Below are positions 9,367 through 16,602 of a stretch of DNA of 46,523 bases, piece by piece. Source of the DNA: an uncultured Candidatus Saccharibacteria bacterium (lineage in GTDB: Bacteria; Patescibacteriota; Minisyncoccia; Phycocordibacterales; Phycocordibacteraceae); NCBI GenBank assembly GCA_964618705.1, contig CAZUBJ010000002.1, forward strand, positions 1-46,523. Direction: 5' to 3'. Below the pieces are notes generated by a model, which searched no databases, was not told where the DNA came from, and was given only the letters and a program-made list of their open reading frames with translations. The position numbers and the translations under genes were made by a program. How positions within the stretch are numbered: position 1 is the first letter of the stretch; each line of letters opens with the position of its first letter.

Positions 9367-10158
9367 ATGAAAATCGTGTCGTGGAACGTGAATGGAATAC
9401 GGGCCGTACACCGCAAGGAGCTCTTCCTGCCGTTTATTAAGCAGTTGAAGCCTGACATTATCTGCCTTCAGGAGACAAAGGCCGAGGAACACCAGTCCCC
9501 TGTTGATTTGATGGAGTTCGAGGAATACTGGTACTCCGCAAAGAAAAAGGGGTACAGTGGCACTGCCATATTCACCAAGCAGGTGCCCCTTGATGTGCGA
9601 TTCGGCATTCCAGCGGAAATAGCTAGTAAATACAACCTGGTAGACGACGGTTACGGCGACCCAAACGATGAAGGTCGTGTGATTGCGGCTGACATGGGTC
9701 CGTTCTTCGTGGTGTCGGTATACACCCCAAACGCAAAGGATGACCTGTCTCGCCTATCGCTTCGCCACACCCAGTGGGACCCAGCATTCCTGGAGTACAT
9801 GAAGGAATTAGAACAAGAAAAACCTGTCATTTTCTGCGGCGACCTAAACGTTGCGCATACGGAGGACGATCTTGCCAGACCCAAGGAAAACAAGGGAGTA
9901 AAGGGTTTCACGAATGAGGAGCGCGAAGGAATCGACTCGATAATTGCGTCCGGCTTCATCGACACGTTCCGCCTATTTACTACAGGAAATGGGCACTATT
10001 CGTGGTGGAGCAACTGGGGACAGGCGCGCGAACGCAATGTAGGATGGCGTATTGATTACATATTCGCGTCTAAGGCACTCAAGGGGAAGATACAGACCGC
10101 AGAAATCCATGACGACATCATGGGCTCTGACCACTGCCCTGTCTCCATAACACTCTAG
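9367..10158 (+). CDS. xthA: exodeoxyribonuclease III (AP endonuclease)
   Basis: MKIVSWNVNGIRA…, CLQETK, GDLNVAH, WWSNWGQARERNVGWRIDY, SDHCPV. The true start is the ATG at 9367. Confidence 0.9.
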   Translation: MKIVSWNVNGIRAVHRKELFLPFIKQLKPDIICLQETKAEEHQSPVDLMEFEEYWYSAKKKGYSGTAIFTKQVPLDVRFGIPAEIASKYNLVDDGYGDPNDEGRVIAADMGPFFVVSVYTPNAKDDLSRLSLRHTQWDPAFLEYMKELEQEKPVIFCGDLNVAHTEDDLARPKENKGVKGFTNEEREGIDSIIASGFIDTFRLFTTGNGHYSWWSNWGQARERNVGWRIDYIFASKALKGKIQTAEIHDDIMGSDHCPVSITL

Positions 10159-10203
10159 TGTCCTATAGGACATCTATAAAGGACACTATCCCCACATGTG
10201 TCC

Positions 10204-10231
10204 TTTACACCGTATGGTGCGGGTATATAGT
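10204..10231 (+). promoter_or_regulatory. candidate sigma70-type promoter opening the long ORF-poor region
   Basis: TTTACA-N16-TATAGT. Confidence 0.35.
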
Positions 10232-10540
10232 AATGGAAGACGAGGCCCGGTCTGGTGCGAGAAGAACTTAAAGACCGGCCTTGCATTGGCTGTTCTTTGA
10301 TAGTTCTTTCTAATCAGAAAGTGTTTGCCACGTTATCCAGGCCGTCCAACGATTGGGAGCGAATCTCCCCTATTCAAGACTGGGTCCAGCCACACGGATG
10401 CAACAACGTATCAGCAGCACTCACACCAAGAAGCCACCCGCACATCTCACGGGAGGACCCCCAAAACCAGCCCCCGCTCCAATTTGGTCCTCTCAACACT
10501 AGGGTGGCTTTCTTATTTCCCATAGCAGCACAGTAAAAAG

Positions 10541-10700
10541 GCACCATTTGCTTTGTTGCTCGCTCCGCTGCTCTCTCACCGTACTGTTCAGTACGCCTCG
10601 TTCACTGCGCCCCAAGGGCACTTGAATCCCTAATCGCTGCGCTCAAGGGCTTCTGGCGCTCTCACTCGCCTCGCAACTAGCACCTTTTATACTGCACTGG
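10541..10700. repeat. CT-rich REP-like intergenic repeat, copy 2
   Basis: aaaaggcacc…gttgctcgctccgctgctctctcaCCGTACTgttcAGTACGcctcgttcactgcgcc…gctctcactcgcctcgc…gcacctttt. Confidence 0.5.
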
Positions 10701-10731
10701 GCCCCATTTCACGTGAAACCAGCAATACTAT

Positions 10732-10763
10732 ACAGAAAACGGCCTATATAGGCCGTTTTCTGT
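10732..10763. terminator. bidirectional terminator (downstream of cca)
   Basis: ACAGAAAACGGCC-tatata-GGCCGTTTTCTGT, a perfect 13-bp stem. Confidence 0.8.
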
Positions 10764-10808
10764 TGTTTCACGCGAAACAGGTACTCTTTTGGATGTTTCG
10801 CGTGGAAC

Positions 10809-12272
10809 CTAGCAGACGTGGTGTTTCTTTAGTATAAGCTGTAGCTCCTCCTCTTCGCGCTCCTCCCGCTTCATCTTGCCAGAATCTCCTAGTTCCTTGA
10901 GCTGTGACTCTGGAAGCTCTAGGAGTACCTGTGCGCGCATATCCAAGTAGGTAAGCTCGTTCTTCTTTGGATCCTCCAGAACCTCCTCCAGAAGGGCGTT
11001 AAGCGTCCAGCCTATCTTTGGCCCTGGTTTCGCGTGAAACTGCTCCATAAGGCGATTTCCGTCTGTTTTGAGCATGGCCACAGATATTGGGTCGCGAAGT
11101 GCCTCCTCCACCATTGCCTTGTACTTACGAAAGCGGAACGGCTGCTCCTTTGGTCGTCCCGTCCCAATACGGTCGCAAATGCGCAGATCCAGCAATTCGT
11201 GAATGTTCTCCTCACCTACGTTCACAATCATGCGGCGTACCGCTGATAGGGTAATCTGGTCAGGATCAGAGAAAAACATGTGCCAACGCACCAGTTTAGA
11301 CACTTTCTCTATGGTTTCACGTGAAAAGCGGAGATCTTCCAGGGCTTTCTTGGTCACTCGGGCGCCCACCACTTCGTGCCCATGGAAGGTCCAATCCTTC
11401 TTTTCATCAGACCAGCGCCGTGTTTCTGGCTTAGATACATCATGGAACAGGGCAGCGAGGCGAATATCAAACGGCCAGTCCTTGTCTGCTGCGTGCTGCA
11501 GAGCGCGCAAAAGGTGCCCAAACACGTCAAAACTGTGTGCCTGATTCTGTTCCACACCGATTCCACGGGTAAGGTCAGGAGAAATGTACTCCAAAAGCCC
11601 AAGTTGCTGAGCAAGCACCAATGCCATCATTGGCTGTTTAGAATTAAGGATTCGCACGAACTCATCCCGAACCCTTTCACGTGAAACATGGCTCAAATTC
11701 TGGGCCTTTTCCTGTATTGCGGCCGCGGTTTCGCTATCTAGAGCGAAATCCAGCTCGGCGACAAGGCGAATAGCTCGCATAAGGCGAAGCGCATCCTCCT
11801 CAAAGCGCTCAAGAGGGGAGCCAACCGTGCGCAGTACTTTGTGAGTTATGTCCTTTTGTCCTATATACGGATCAATAAGGTGTCCTTTAGATTCATCAAG
11901 TGCGATGGCGTTGATGGTGAAGTCACGGCGCGCCAAATCTTCCTCCAAGTTATCCCCAAATGCTACGGCGTCAGGGCGACGCTTGTCGGAATAGCTTGAT
12001 TCGGTGCGATAGGGGGTCACCTCAATGATCGAGAGGGAAGGGTCTTCACTGCCAGACTTAACTCCCACGGTCCCAAAAGTGTTCTCGTAAAAGGATTCTG
12101 GACACACACGCACGATATCCTCTGGCTTTGCATTGGTAGTGACGTCCCAGTCCTTTGGGGTACGGCCTATAAGCAGGTCGCGCACACAGCCACCCACCAG
12201 GTAGGCTTCATATCCTGCGTCGCGGAGCGCACCAGTAACAGTGCGTACTTCTAGGGGAACCTCGTACTTCAT
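10809..12272 (-). CDS. cca: CCA-adding tRNA nucleotidyltransferase with C-terminal HD domain
   Basis: GGCVRDLLIGRTPKDWDVTT, RRDFTINAIA, HD region LFHDVSKP. Consistent with two of the four tRNA genes here lacking an encoded CCA. Confidence 0.85.
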   Translation of the reverse strand: MKYEVPLEVRTVTGALRDAGYEAYLVGGCVRDLLIGRTPKDWDVTTNAKPEDIVRVCPESFYENTFGTVGVKSGSEDPSLSIIEVTPYRTESSYSDKRRPDAVAFGDNLEEDLARRDFTINAIALDESKGHLIDPYIGQKDITHKVLRTVGSPLERFEEDALRLMRAIRLVAELDFALDSETAAAIQEKAQNLSHVSRERVRDEFVRILNSKQPMMALVLAQQLGLLEYISPDLTRGIGVEQNQAHSFDVFGHLLRALQHAADKDWPFDIRLAALFHDVSKPETRRWSDEKKDWTFHGHEVVGARVTKKALEDLRFSRETIEKVSKLVRWHMFFSDPDQITLSAVRRMIVNVGEENIHELLDLRICDRIGTGRPKEQPFRFRKYKAMVEEALRDPISVAMLKTDGNRLMEQFHAKPGPKIGWTLNALLEEVLEDPKKNELTYLDMRAQVLLELPESQLKELGDSGKMKREEREEEELQLILKKHHVC

Positions 12273-12336
12273 TACAAAAATACTAGTACGGAGCTCGCCA
12301 ATCTCCTAGGGCTCGCGTATTATCAACACTGTTCCT

Positions 12337-12411
12337 GCGCCCGTAGCTCAATGGATCGAGCACTTGTCTTCGGAACAAGGGATGGGGGTTCGATTCCCTC
12401 CGGGCGCACCA
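12337..12411 (+). tRNA. tRNA-Arg (anticodon TCG), CCA encoded
   Basis: Hand fold: acceptor GCGCCCG/CGGGCGC, D stem GCTC/GAGC, anticodon stem CTTGT/ACAAG with loop CTTCGGA, T arm GGGGG-TTCGATT-CCCTC, then ACCA. Confidence 0.9.
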
Positions 12412-12446
12412 ATAGTGAGCGTATGCCAGGTATACTGTTTCTCAGT

Positions 12447-13637
12447 ATGACCAAACTAAACACAAAGGAGCGGACGCGATTGCTTTCGGTGGCTAAGAAG
12501 TTTGGCACCCCGCTCTACGTGTACGACGCGGCTATGATTTCTGCGCAGTGCGAGAAGTTGAAGCGGAACTTCAAAGACACTAACTTTCATTACGCAATGA
12601 AAGCAAACTCTAATCCGCAGGTTCTTTCGCTTATCAAGAAGGCGGGGCTTGGGGTGGAGGCCGTGTCGATAGGGGAGCTTGAGCTCGCATTATCAATTGG
12701 TTTTCCAGCCTCGCGCATTAGTTTTACCTGCTCAAGCCTTACCGAGGCGGAGCTTGTGCATGTTGCCAATACCGGTGTACGCGTCCATTTGGATTCACTG
12801 CATCAGCTCCAGGTCTGGGGAACAAAGAAGCTCGGTTCCACAGCCTCTATTCGGTTGAATCAAGGAATTGGGGGAGGGCACCACGCACATGTGATTACCG
12901 GAGGTCCTGACAGCAAATTCGGCATTGTGTTGCGCGATGTGCCAAAAGCAAAAGCAATCGCAAAGAAGTACGGCGTATCCATAACAGGCATACAGCAGCA
13001 CATTGGCTCTAACGTGCTCGATATAAAGATTTTTGAGAAGTCTGTTCGGGTTCTGTTGGAAACAGCGAAGTCATTCCCGGATGTTGCGCACATAGACTTC
13101 GGTGGAGGTATTGGTGTTGCGTATGCGCCAGGCGCCGCATCGCTTCCGCTGGGAGAACTTGGTAAGCGCATGCGCTCACTCACCGGTAGCTTTCAGCGCG
13201 AGGTGAGACGCACGGTCGCGTTCTCTATGGAGCCGGGCCGGTTCCTCGTTGCTGAGGCGGGCACACTGCTCGTCTCAGTCACGGATATCAAATCAACAGA
13301 GAAGCATCACTTCGTCGGGGTCAATTCTGGATTCAATCAACTTATCCGTCCGGCCATGTATGGCTCGTATCATCCGATTGAGAACCTCACCCGTGCGCGC
13401 GGACCTCGTAAGTCGGTGACGGTGGCAGGGAACGTGTGCGAGTCGGGCGACATCTTTGCCAGTAAGCGATTGATGGTCGCTCCACAGATAGGGGATACGC
13501 TCGCCATACTTATTGCTGGCGCATACGGGTTCACGATGGCGTCTAACTACAACCTCCGAAAGTTGCCACGCGAGGTACTTCTGACCCCCTCAGGGGCAAA
13601 GGATATCTCGTTTGTACCAAGTACCCACGCTCGGTAG
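12447..13637 (+). CDS. lysA: diaminopimelate decarboxylase-like PLP enzyme (group IV decarboxylase)
   Basis: FGTPLYVYD, HYAMKANSN (PLP Lys), GGGIGVAY, EPGRFLVAEAG, CESGD. The start is the ATG at 12447 (alternative 12423). The listed 12351 start overlaps tRNA-Arg. Confidence 0.8.
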   Translation: MTKLNTKERTRLLSVAKKFGTPLYVYDAAMISAQCEKLKRNFKDTNFHYAMKANSNPQVLSLIKKAGLGVEAVSIGELELALSIGFPASRISFTCSSLTEAELVHVANTGVRVHLDSLHQLQVWGTKKLGSTASIRLNQGIGGGHHAHVITGGPDSKFGIVLRDVPKAKAIAKKYGVSITGIQQHIGSNVLDIKIFEKSVRVLLETAKSFPDVAHIDFGGGIGVAYAPGAASLPLGELGKRMRSLTGSFQREVRRTVAFSMEPGRFLVAEAGTLLVSVTDIKSTEKHHFVGVNSGFNQLIRPAMYGSYHPIENLTRARGPRKSVTVAGNVCESGDIFASKRLMVAPQIGDTLAILIAGAYGFTMASNYNLRKLPREVLLTPSGAKDISFVPSTHAR

Positions 13638-13680
13638 GTCTGGCCTAAGGCTGGGCTCCTGTGGTATCCTGCGTTTCAGC

Positions 13681-13751
13681 GCGGATATGGTTTAGTGGTA
13701 AAACGAGTCCTTGCCAAGGATTAGTCGGGAGTTCGATTCTCCCTATCCGCA
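13681..13751 (+). tRNA. tRNA-Gly (anticodon GCC), no encoded CCA
   Basis: Acceptor GCGGATA/TATCCGC, D stem GTTT/AAAC, anticodon stem AGTCC/GGATT with loop TTGCCAA, T arm GGGAG-TTCGATT-CTCCC, discriminator A. Confidence 0.9.
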
Positions 13752-14020
13752 CCCGAGCAGCAAAAGAACGCCAAAGGGCGTTCTTTTGCATTTATGCTCG
13801 GGTGCGGATAGAGCACGGTGTGGGATACCGTGCGTGGAGAATCGAAAGCCGGAAGCGCGACGGCGCCGAGGCGGGGTCGCGCAAAATCCCAGCAGGGATT
13901 TATGTGTGACCGATGCGTGACAGCGACTCTTCGAGCGAAGCGAGTTAGAGAAGCGGAACTTCTCCCTATCTCCGAACCAGGGGGACGAAAGTGGTAATCG
14001 CCGGTTCTCCCTCAAATCCT
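13752..14020 (+). repeat. tRNA-3'-end-linked element, copy behind tRNA-Gly(GCC); two tandem modules
   Basis: 16-bp perfect inverted repeat at 13744-13759 / 13795-13810. Inverted T-arm copy GGAGAATCGAA at 13836-13846. 31-nt and 44-nt blocks are shared with the 16261-16500 copy. A decayed direct copy of the tRNA 3' end lies at 13960-13977. A tail AAAGTGGTAATC..TTCTCC is shared with the tRNA-Pro copy. Confidence 0.7.
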
Positions 14021-14166
14021 CCATGTTCATAAGTGGGGACAAAGGTGTTAATAGTGGGGACAACTTTATAGGACAAGTGCCGTGTCTTTAGCGCTTGTCT
14101 GCAAAATAGTGAGTGTTTATATGCTTTTTCTCTCAGTCTGCCTATTGGTCTTGTATACTGAGGACT

Positions 14167-14565
14167 GTGACCGACATCTCCACACTCTCCACAAAAGAGC
14201 TTGGCGCCATGGGGGAGGAGGCCGCTGCTTTGTACTTAAAGAAGCAGGGATTCTCTATCGTGGATAGGAATGTGGTGCGCAAGACGGGAGAGATAGATGT
14301 GATAGCAAAGAAGAAAAGCACGCTCCATTTCGTAGAAGTGAAGTCTCGTATTTGTCGGGAATTCCCTCAGGATGATGCAGGAGATACCGCATTCGATCCC
14401 TCGGCAAACCTCCACAACGCGAAGATTAGTAAGGTTGCTCGAACAAGTGAGTGGTACGTAGCGGAGAAGGGGTGGGAAGGGGACTGGCAGGTGGATGGCC
14501 TCCTGGTATGGCTTCGAAGTCGGGATGGGGCTGCCTTTATCTCCTACCTCCCACAAATTCTATAA
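14167..14565 (+). CDS. YraN/UPF0102-family endonuclease-like protein
   Basis: LGAMGEEAAALYLKKQGFSIVDRNVVRKTGEIDVIAKKKSTLHFVEVKSR. The start is uncertain: GTG 14167 or ATG 14209. Confidence 0.7.
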   Translation: MTDISTLSTKELGAMGEEAAALYLKKQGFSIVDRNVVRKTGEIDVIAKKKSTLHFVEVKSRICREFPQDDAGDTAFDPSANLHNAKISKVARTSEWYVAEKGWEGDWQVDGLLVWLRSRDGAAFISYLPQIL

Positions 14566-14624
14566 ATCTGCTAGTATGGCTGAGAAAGAGGGACGCTAAG
14601 ATAGTCCGGGGAGGGTCGGTCGCT

Positions 14625-14699
14625 TGCACCGACGCACCCCGTTCGCTCGGCGAAACACCAAATATACGCTCCGCGTGCATTTGGTGTTTGCCTCACTCA
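14625..14699. repeat. CT-rich REP-like intergenic repeat, copy 3
   Basis: cgttcgctcggcg-AAACACCAAAT…ATTTGGTGTTT-gcctcactcac, with the same flank words as the other copies. Confidence 0.45.
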
Positions 14700-14770
14700 C
14701 GGGGTGTCGTATACCGGTAGTACGCTACTTTTGGGAAGTAGATGACGGAGTTCAATTCTCCGCACCCCGA
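14700..14770 (+). tRNA. tRNA-Pro (anticodon TGG), no encoded CCA
   Basis: Acceptor CGGGGTG/CACCCCG, D stem GTAT/GTAC, anticodon stem CTACT/AGTAG with loop TTTGGGA (G37), T arm CGGAG-TTCAATT-CTCCG, discriminator A. Confidence 0.85.
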
Positions 14771-14961
14771 CTACTTTTGAACGCAGTGAAAAATAGACGG
14801 GTGCAGCACTGTGTCTGCACACAGTGCGTGGAGAATTGAATGGCGGAACCTTATTTCAGTCAGCAGACTGAAATGGTGAGCCGGGCTCGCGAGCATTGTG
14901 AGTGACGACGAACAATGACTTGTGAGCAAAAGTGGTAATCCACGTTTCTCCGCACCCCGAC
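14771..14961 (+). repeat. tRNA-3'-end-linked element, copy behind tRNA-Pro
   Basis: Inverted acceptor copy at 14794-14804. Inverted T-arm copy GGAGAATTGAA at 14830-14840. Perfect 16-nt direct repeat TTCTCCGCACCCCGAC at 14756-14771 and 14946-14961. Confidence 0.7.
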
Positions 14962-14986
14962 AAATTTGTGCGAAGCAGTAGAAACA

Positions 14987-15019
14987 CAAAAGCCGCCCGA
15001 AAGGGCGGCTTTTGTTTTT
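14987..15019. terminator. bidirectional terminator
   Basis: CAAAAGCCGCCC-gaaa-GGGCGGCTTTTG followed by TTTTT. Confidence 0.85.
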
Positions 15020-15032
15020 GATCTAAGTCCGA

Positions 15033-16109
15033 TTACCGCATCGCGACTCCACCCAACACCTCCGTAAGTGTGGTGCGCAGTTCCTCGTTGCGTGCGGCAA
15101 TCTCTGCAAGCAAGTCAGCGGAGCGATAGGAAGCAAGATACTCATCAAGTGTGATGCCCATATCTTCCTCAAAACTCTCGCGCACGTGGCCGGCGGTAAC
15201 TGCACGCAGATCGCGCTCGCTAGGTGTGCCGCCTGTGGTGCTGGTGGTAATAAGTGCCACCATCTCGCCACGCGCGTTCACAATGCCGCCTCCAGAAGAG
15301 CCGTGCTGCGCAGCCTCACTTCCACCAAGGGATAGCAAGTCTACGCTCGTACGACCAAAGGTGTATACGTCGCGCACGGAGCCAAGCACCAGCGTAGGCA
15401 TCAGTGAGTCCTTAATCTGCGCGGTGGTAAGCGACTGTGCGCCGTATGAGCCAATAGCTACAGCGTCACCAATCTTTGGTGCGTTTACTCCAAAGGGCAC
15501 GTGCGCAAACTCGGTTGGAAGGGCAGCGCCTGTTGCTGAGCGAGTGATAGCAAGGAGCGCGATGTCGTTCTTGCCGTTTCCGCGAGGGTTCGCCACGACA
15601 AGGCTCGTGCTATTTGCTTCAACCCACGGCTTTGAAATATAGATAAGCTCCGCAAAGTATGCGGTGCGAGCCGGTGCGCCGGTGCGTACCACGCAGACTA
15701 CGTTGCCCTTGGTCGGGTGATTCTCAAGCAAGAAGAGCTGCGCAATGTGTGCGTTGGTGATTATCACGCCATCAGAGCTAATGACTACACCAGAGCCAGA
15801 AATAGACTTCACACCGCCATTCTTAGAGGCGCAGATAATATTCACCAGGGCGTCGGCCAGATTGTCCTTTGCGCCAGACAAATCAGCCGGCGGTGCTTCG
15901 CTGCGACTGGTAAGGCTACCAACTGCGGCAAGTTGTCCCTTCGCGGTCAGGGAATTAGCAAAGGATGGAGACCCATCAAAGAAACCGTAGGGCACAGGAC
16001 CCTCGGGCGCAGTGTTTGGTTTATCAAACAGATTGGTATAGAGCGCCAAGTACGCTATGACGGTTGCGACAACCAGCAAACCAGCCCAAGCAAGTAGGTT
16101 TTTTGACAT
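15033..16109 (-). CDS. membrane-anchored trypsin-like (S1) serine protease
   Basis: N-terminal TM helix. GSGVVISSDGVIITNAHI (His), NDIALLAI (Asp), GSSGGGIVNARGEMVAL (Ser). ATG at 16109. No PDZ-like tail is recognisable. Confidence 0.8.
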   Translation of the reverse strand: MSKNLLAWAGLLVVATVIAYLALYTNLFDKPNTAPEGPVPYGFFDGSPSFANSLTAKGQLAAVGSLTSRSEAPPADLSGAKDNLADALVNIICASKNGGVKSISGSGVVISSDGVIITNAHIAQLFLLENHPTKGNVVCVVRTGAPARTAYFAELIYISKPWVEANSTSLVVANPRGNGKNDIALLAITRSATGAALPTEFAHVPFGVNAPKIGDAVAIGSYGAQSLTTAQIKDSLMPTLVLGSVRDVYTFGRTSVDLLSLGGSEAAQHGSSGGGIVNARGEMVALITTSTTGGTPSERDLRAVTAGHVRESFEEDMGITLDEYLASYRSADLLAEIAARNEELRTTLTEVLGGVAMR

Positions 16110-16186
16110 ATACCTATTATACAGCATAATCACAAAAAGAAAAGCCCTCCACAGGGCCACGCAAGTATGCTATTCTCGTCTCTGAA

Positions 16187-16260
16187 GCGGGATTAGTTTA
16201 ATGGTAGAACTACAGTTTTCCAAACTGTTAGCAGGAGTTCGATTCTCCTATCCCGCACCA
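16187..16260 (+). tRNA. tRNA-Gly (anticodon TCC), CCA encoded
   Basis: Acceptor GCGGGAT/ATCCCGC, D stem GTTT/GAAC, anticodon stem ACAGT/ACTGT with loop TTTCCAA, T arm AGGAG-TTCGATT-CTCCT, then ACCA. Confidence 0.85.
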
Positions 16261-16500
16261 AAATCACGACGAGGACGCGGAGCGTGCGAGGACTATATTT
16301 TGGGCTGGGATAGGAGAATCGAAAGCCGGAAGCGCGACGGCGCTGAGCGGGCGTAGATTTCGTTGCGAGCCTGCGAGCTAGGAAATCAAGTGCAGAGCTT
16401 CGCGCAAAATCCCAGCAGGGATTTATGTGCGACCGATGCGTGACCAAATATTCTTATGAGCGCAGCGAATTAGAATATGGGAACTTCTCCTATCCCGCAC
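16261..16500 (+). repeat. tRNA-3'-end-linked element, copy behind tRNA-Gly(UCC)
   Basis: Perfect 17-nt inverted copy of the tRNA T-loop-to-acceptor segment (GGGATAGGAGAATCGAA, 16307-16323). Perfect 16-nt direct repeat TTCTCCTATCCCGCAC at 16243-16258 and 16485-16500. Blocks 16313-16343 and 16401-16444 are near-identical to 13836-13866 and 13878-13921. Confidence 0.75.
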
Positions 16501-16602
16501 ACAGTGAACAAATTGTACGAAATGCAGAAATTGGCGCATGGGTAGCCGATTACAGCCGGTTATGACTATAATTGCAGTGAGCAGTAAAGCTATACTTATC
16601 CA

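Noticed and set aside
10255-10536. 93-aa ORF in the long spacer
   Set aside because: It starts at a non-ATG codon without a ribosome-binding site. Its composition is Pro/Ser/His-rich and unlike neighbouring proteins. It spans several strong RNA helices. I treat it as non-coding.
10238-10763. RNase P RNA or tmRNA in the long xthA-cca spacer
   Set aside because: ACAGAAAACGGCCTA superficially resembles the RNase P P4 3' strand, but it is simply one arm of a perfect terminator hairpin. There is no GAGGAAAGTCC-type CR-I and no GGTAAGAGC-type element. There is no tRNA-like 3' end or GGGG 5' end for tmRNA, and no plausible tag reading frame.
12351-12446. Upstream extension of the lysA-like ORF
   Set aside because: It overlaps tRNA-Arg (12337-12411) on the same strand. 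The conserved LysA N-terminus begins after the ATG at 12447.
13743-14063. A 106-aa minus-strand ORF and its look-alike at 16193-16447 (84 aa), which share the peptide RRRASGFRFS
   Set aside because: The shared peptide merely reflects the shared DNA repeat blocks of the tRNA-linked elements. The ORFs run antisense through tRNA genes and have no plausible starts or ribosome-binding sites.
16187-16260. Reading this tRNA as tRNA-Trp because of the string TTCCAAA
   Set aside because: With standard numbering (26=T, stem ACAGT/ACTGT) the 7-nt loop is TTTCCAA, so the anticodon is TCC (Gly). The alternative register needed for CCA does not form a 5-bp stem.
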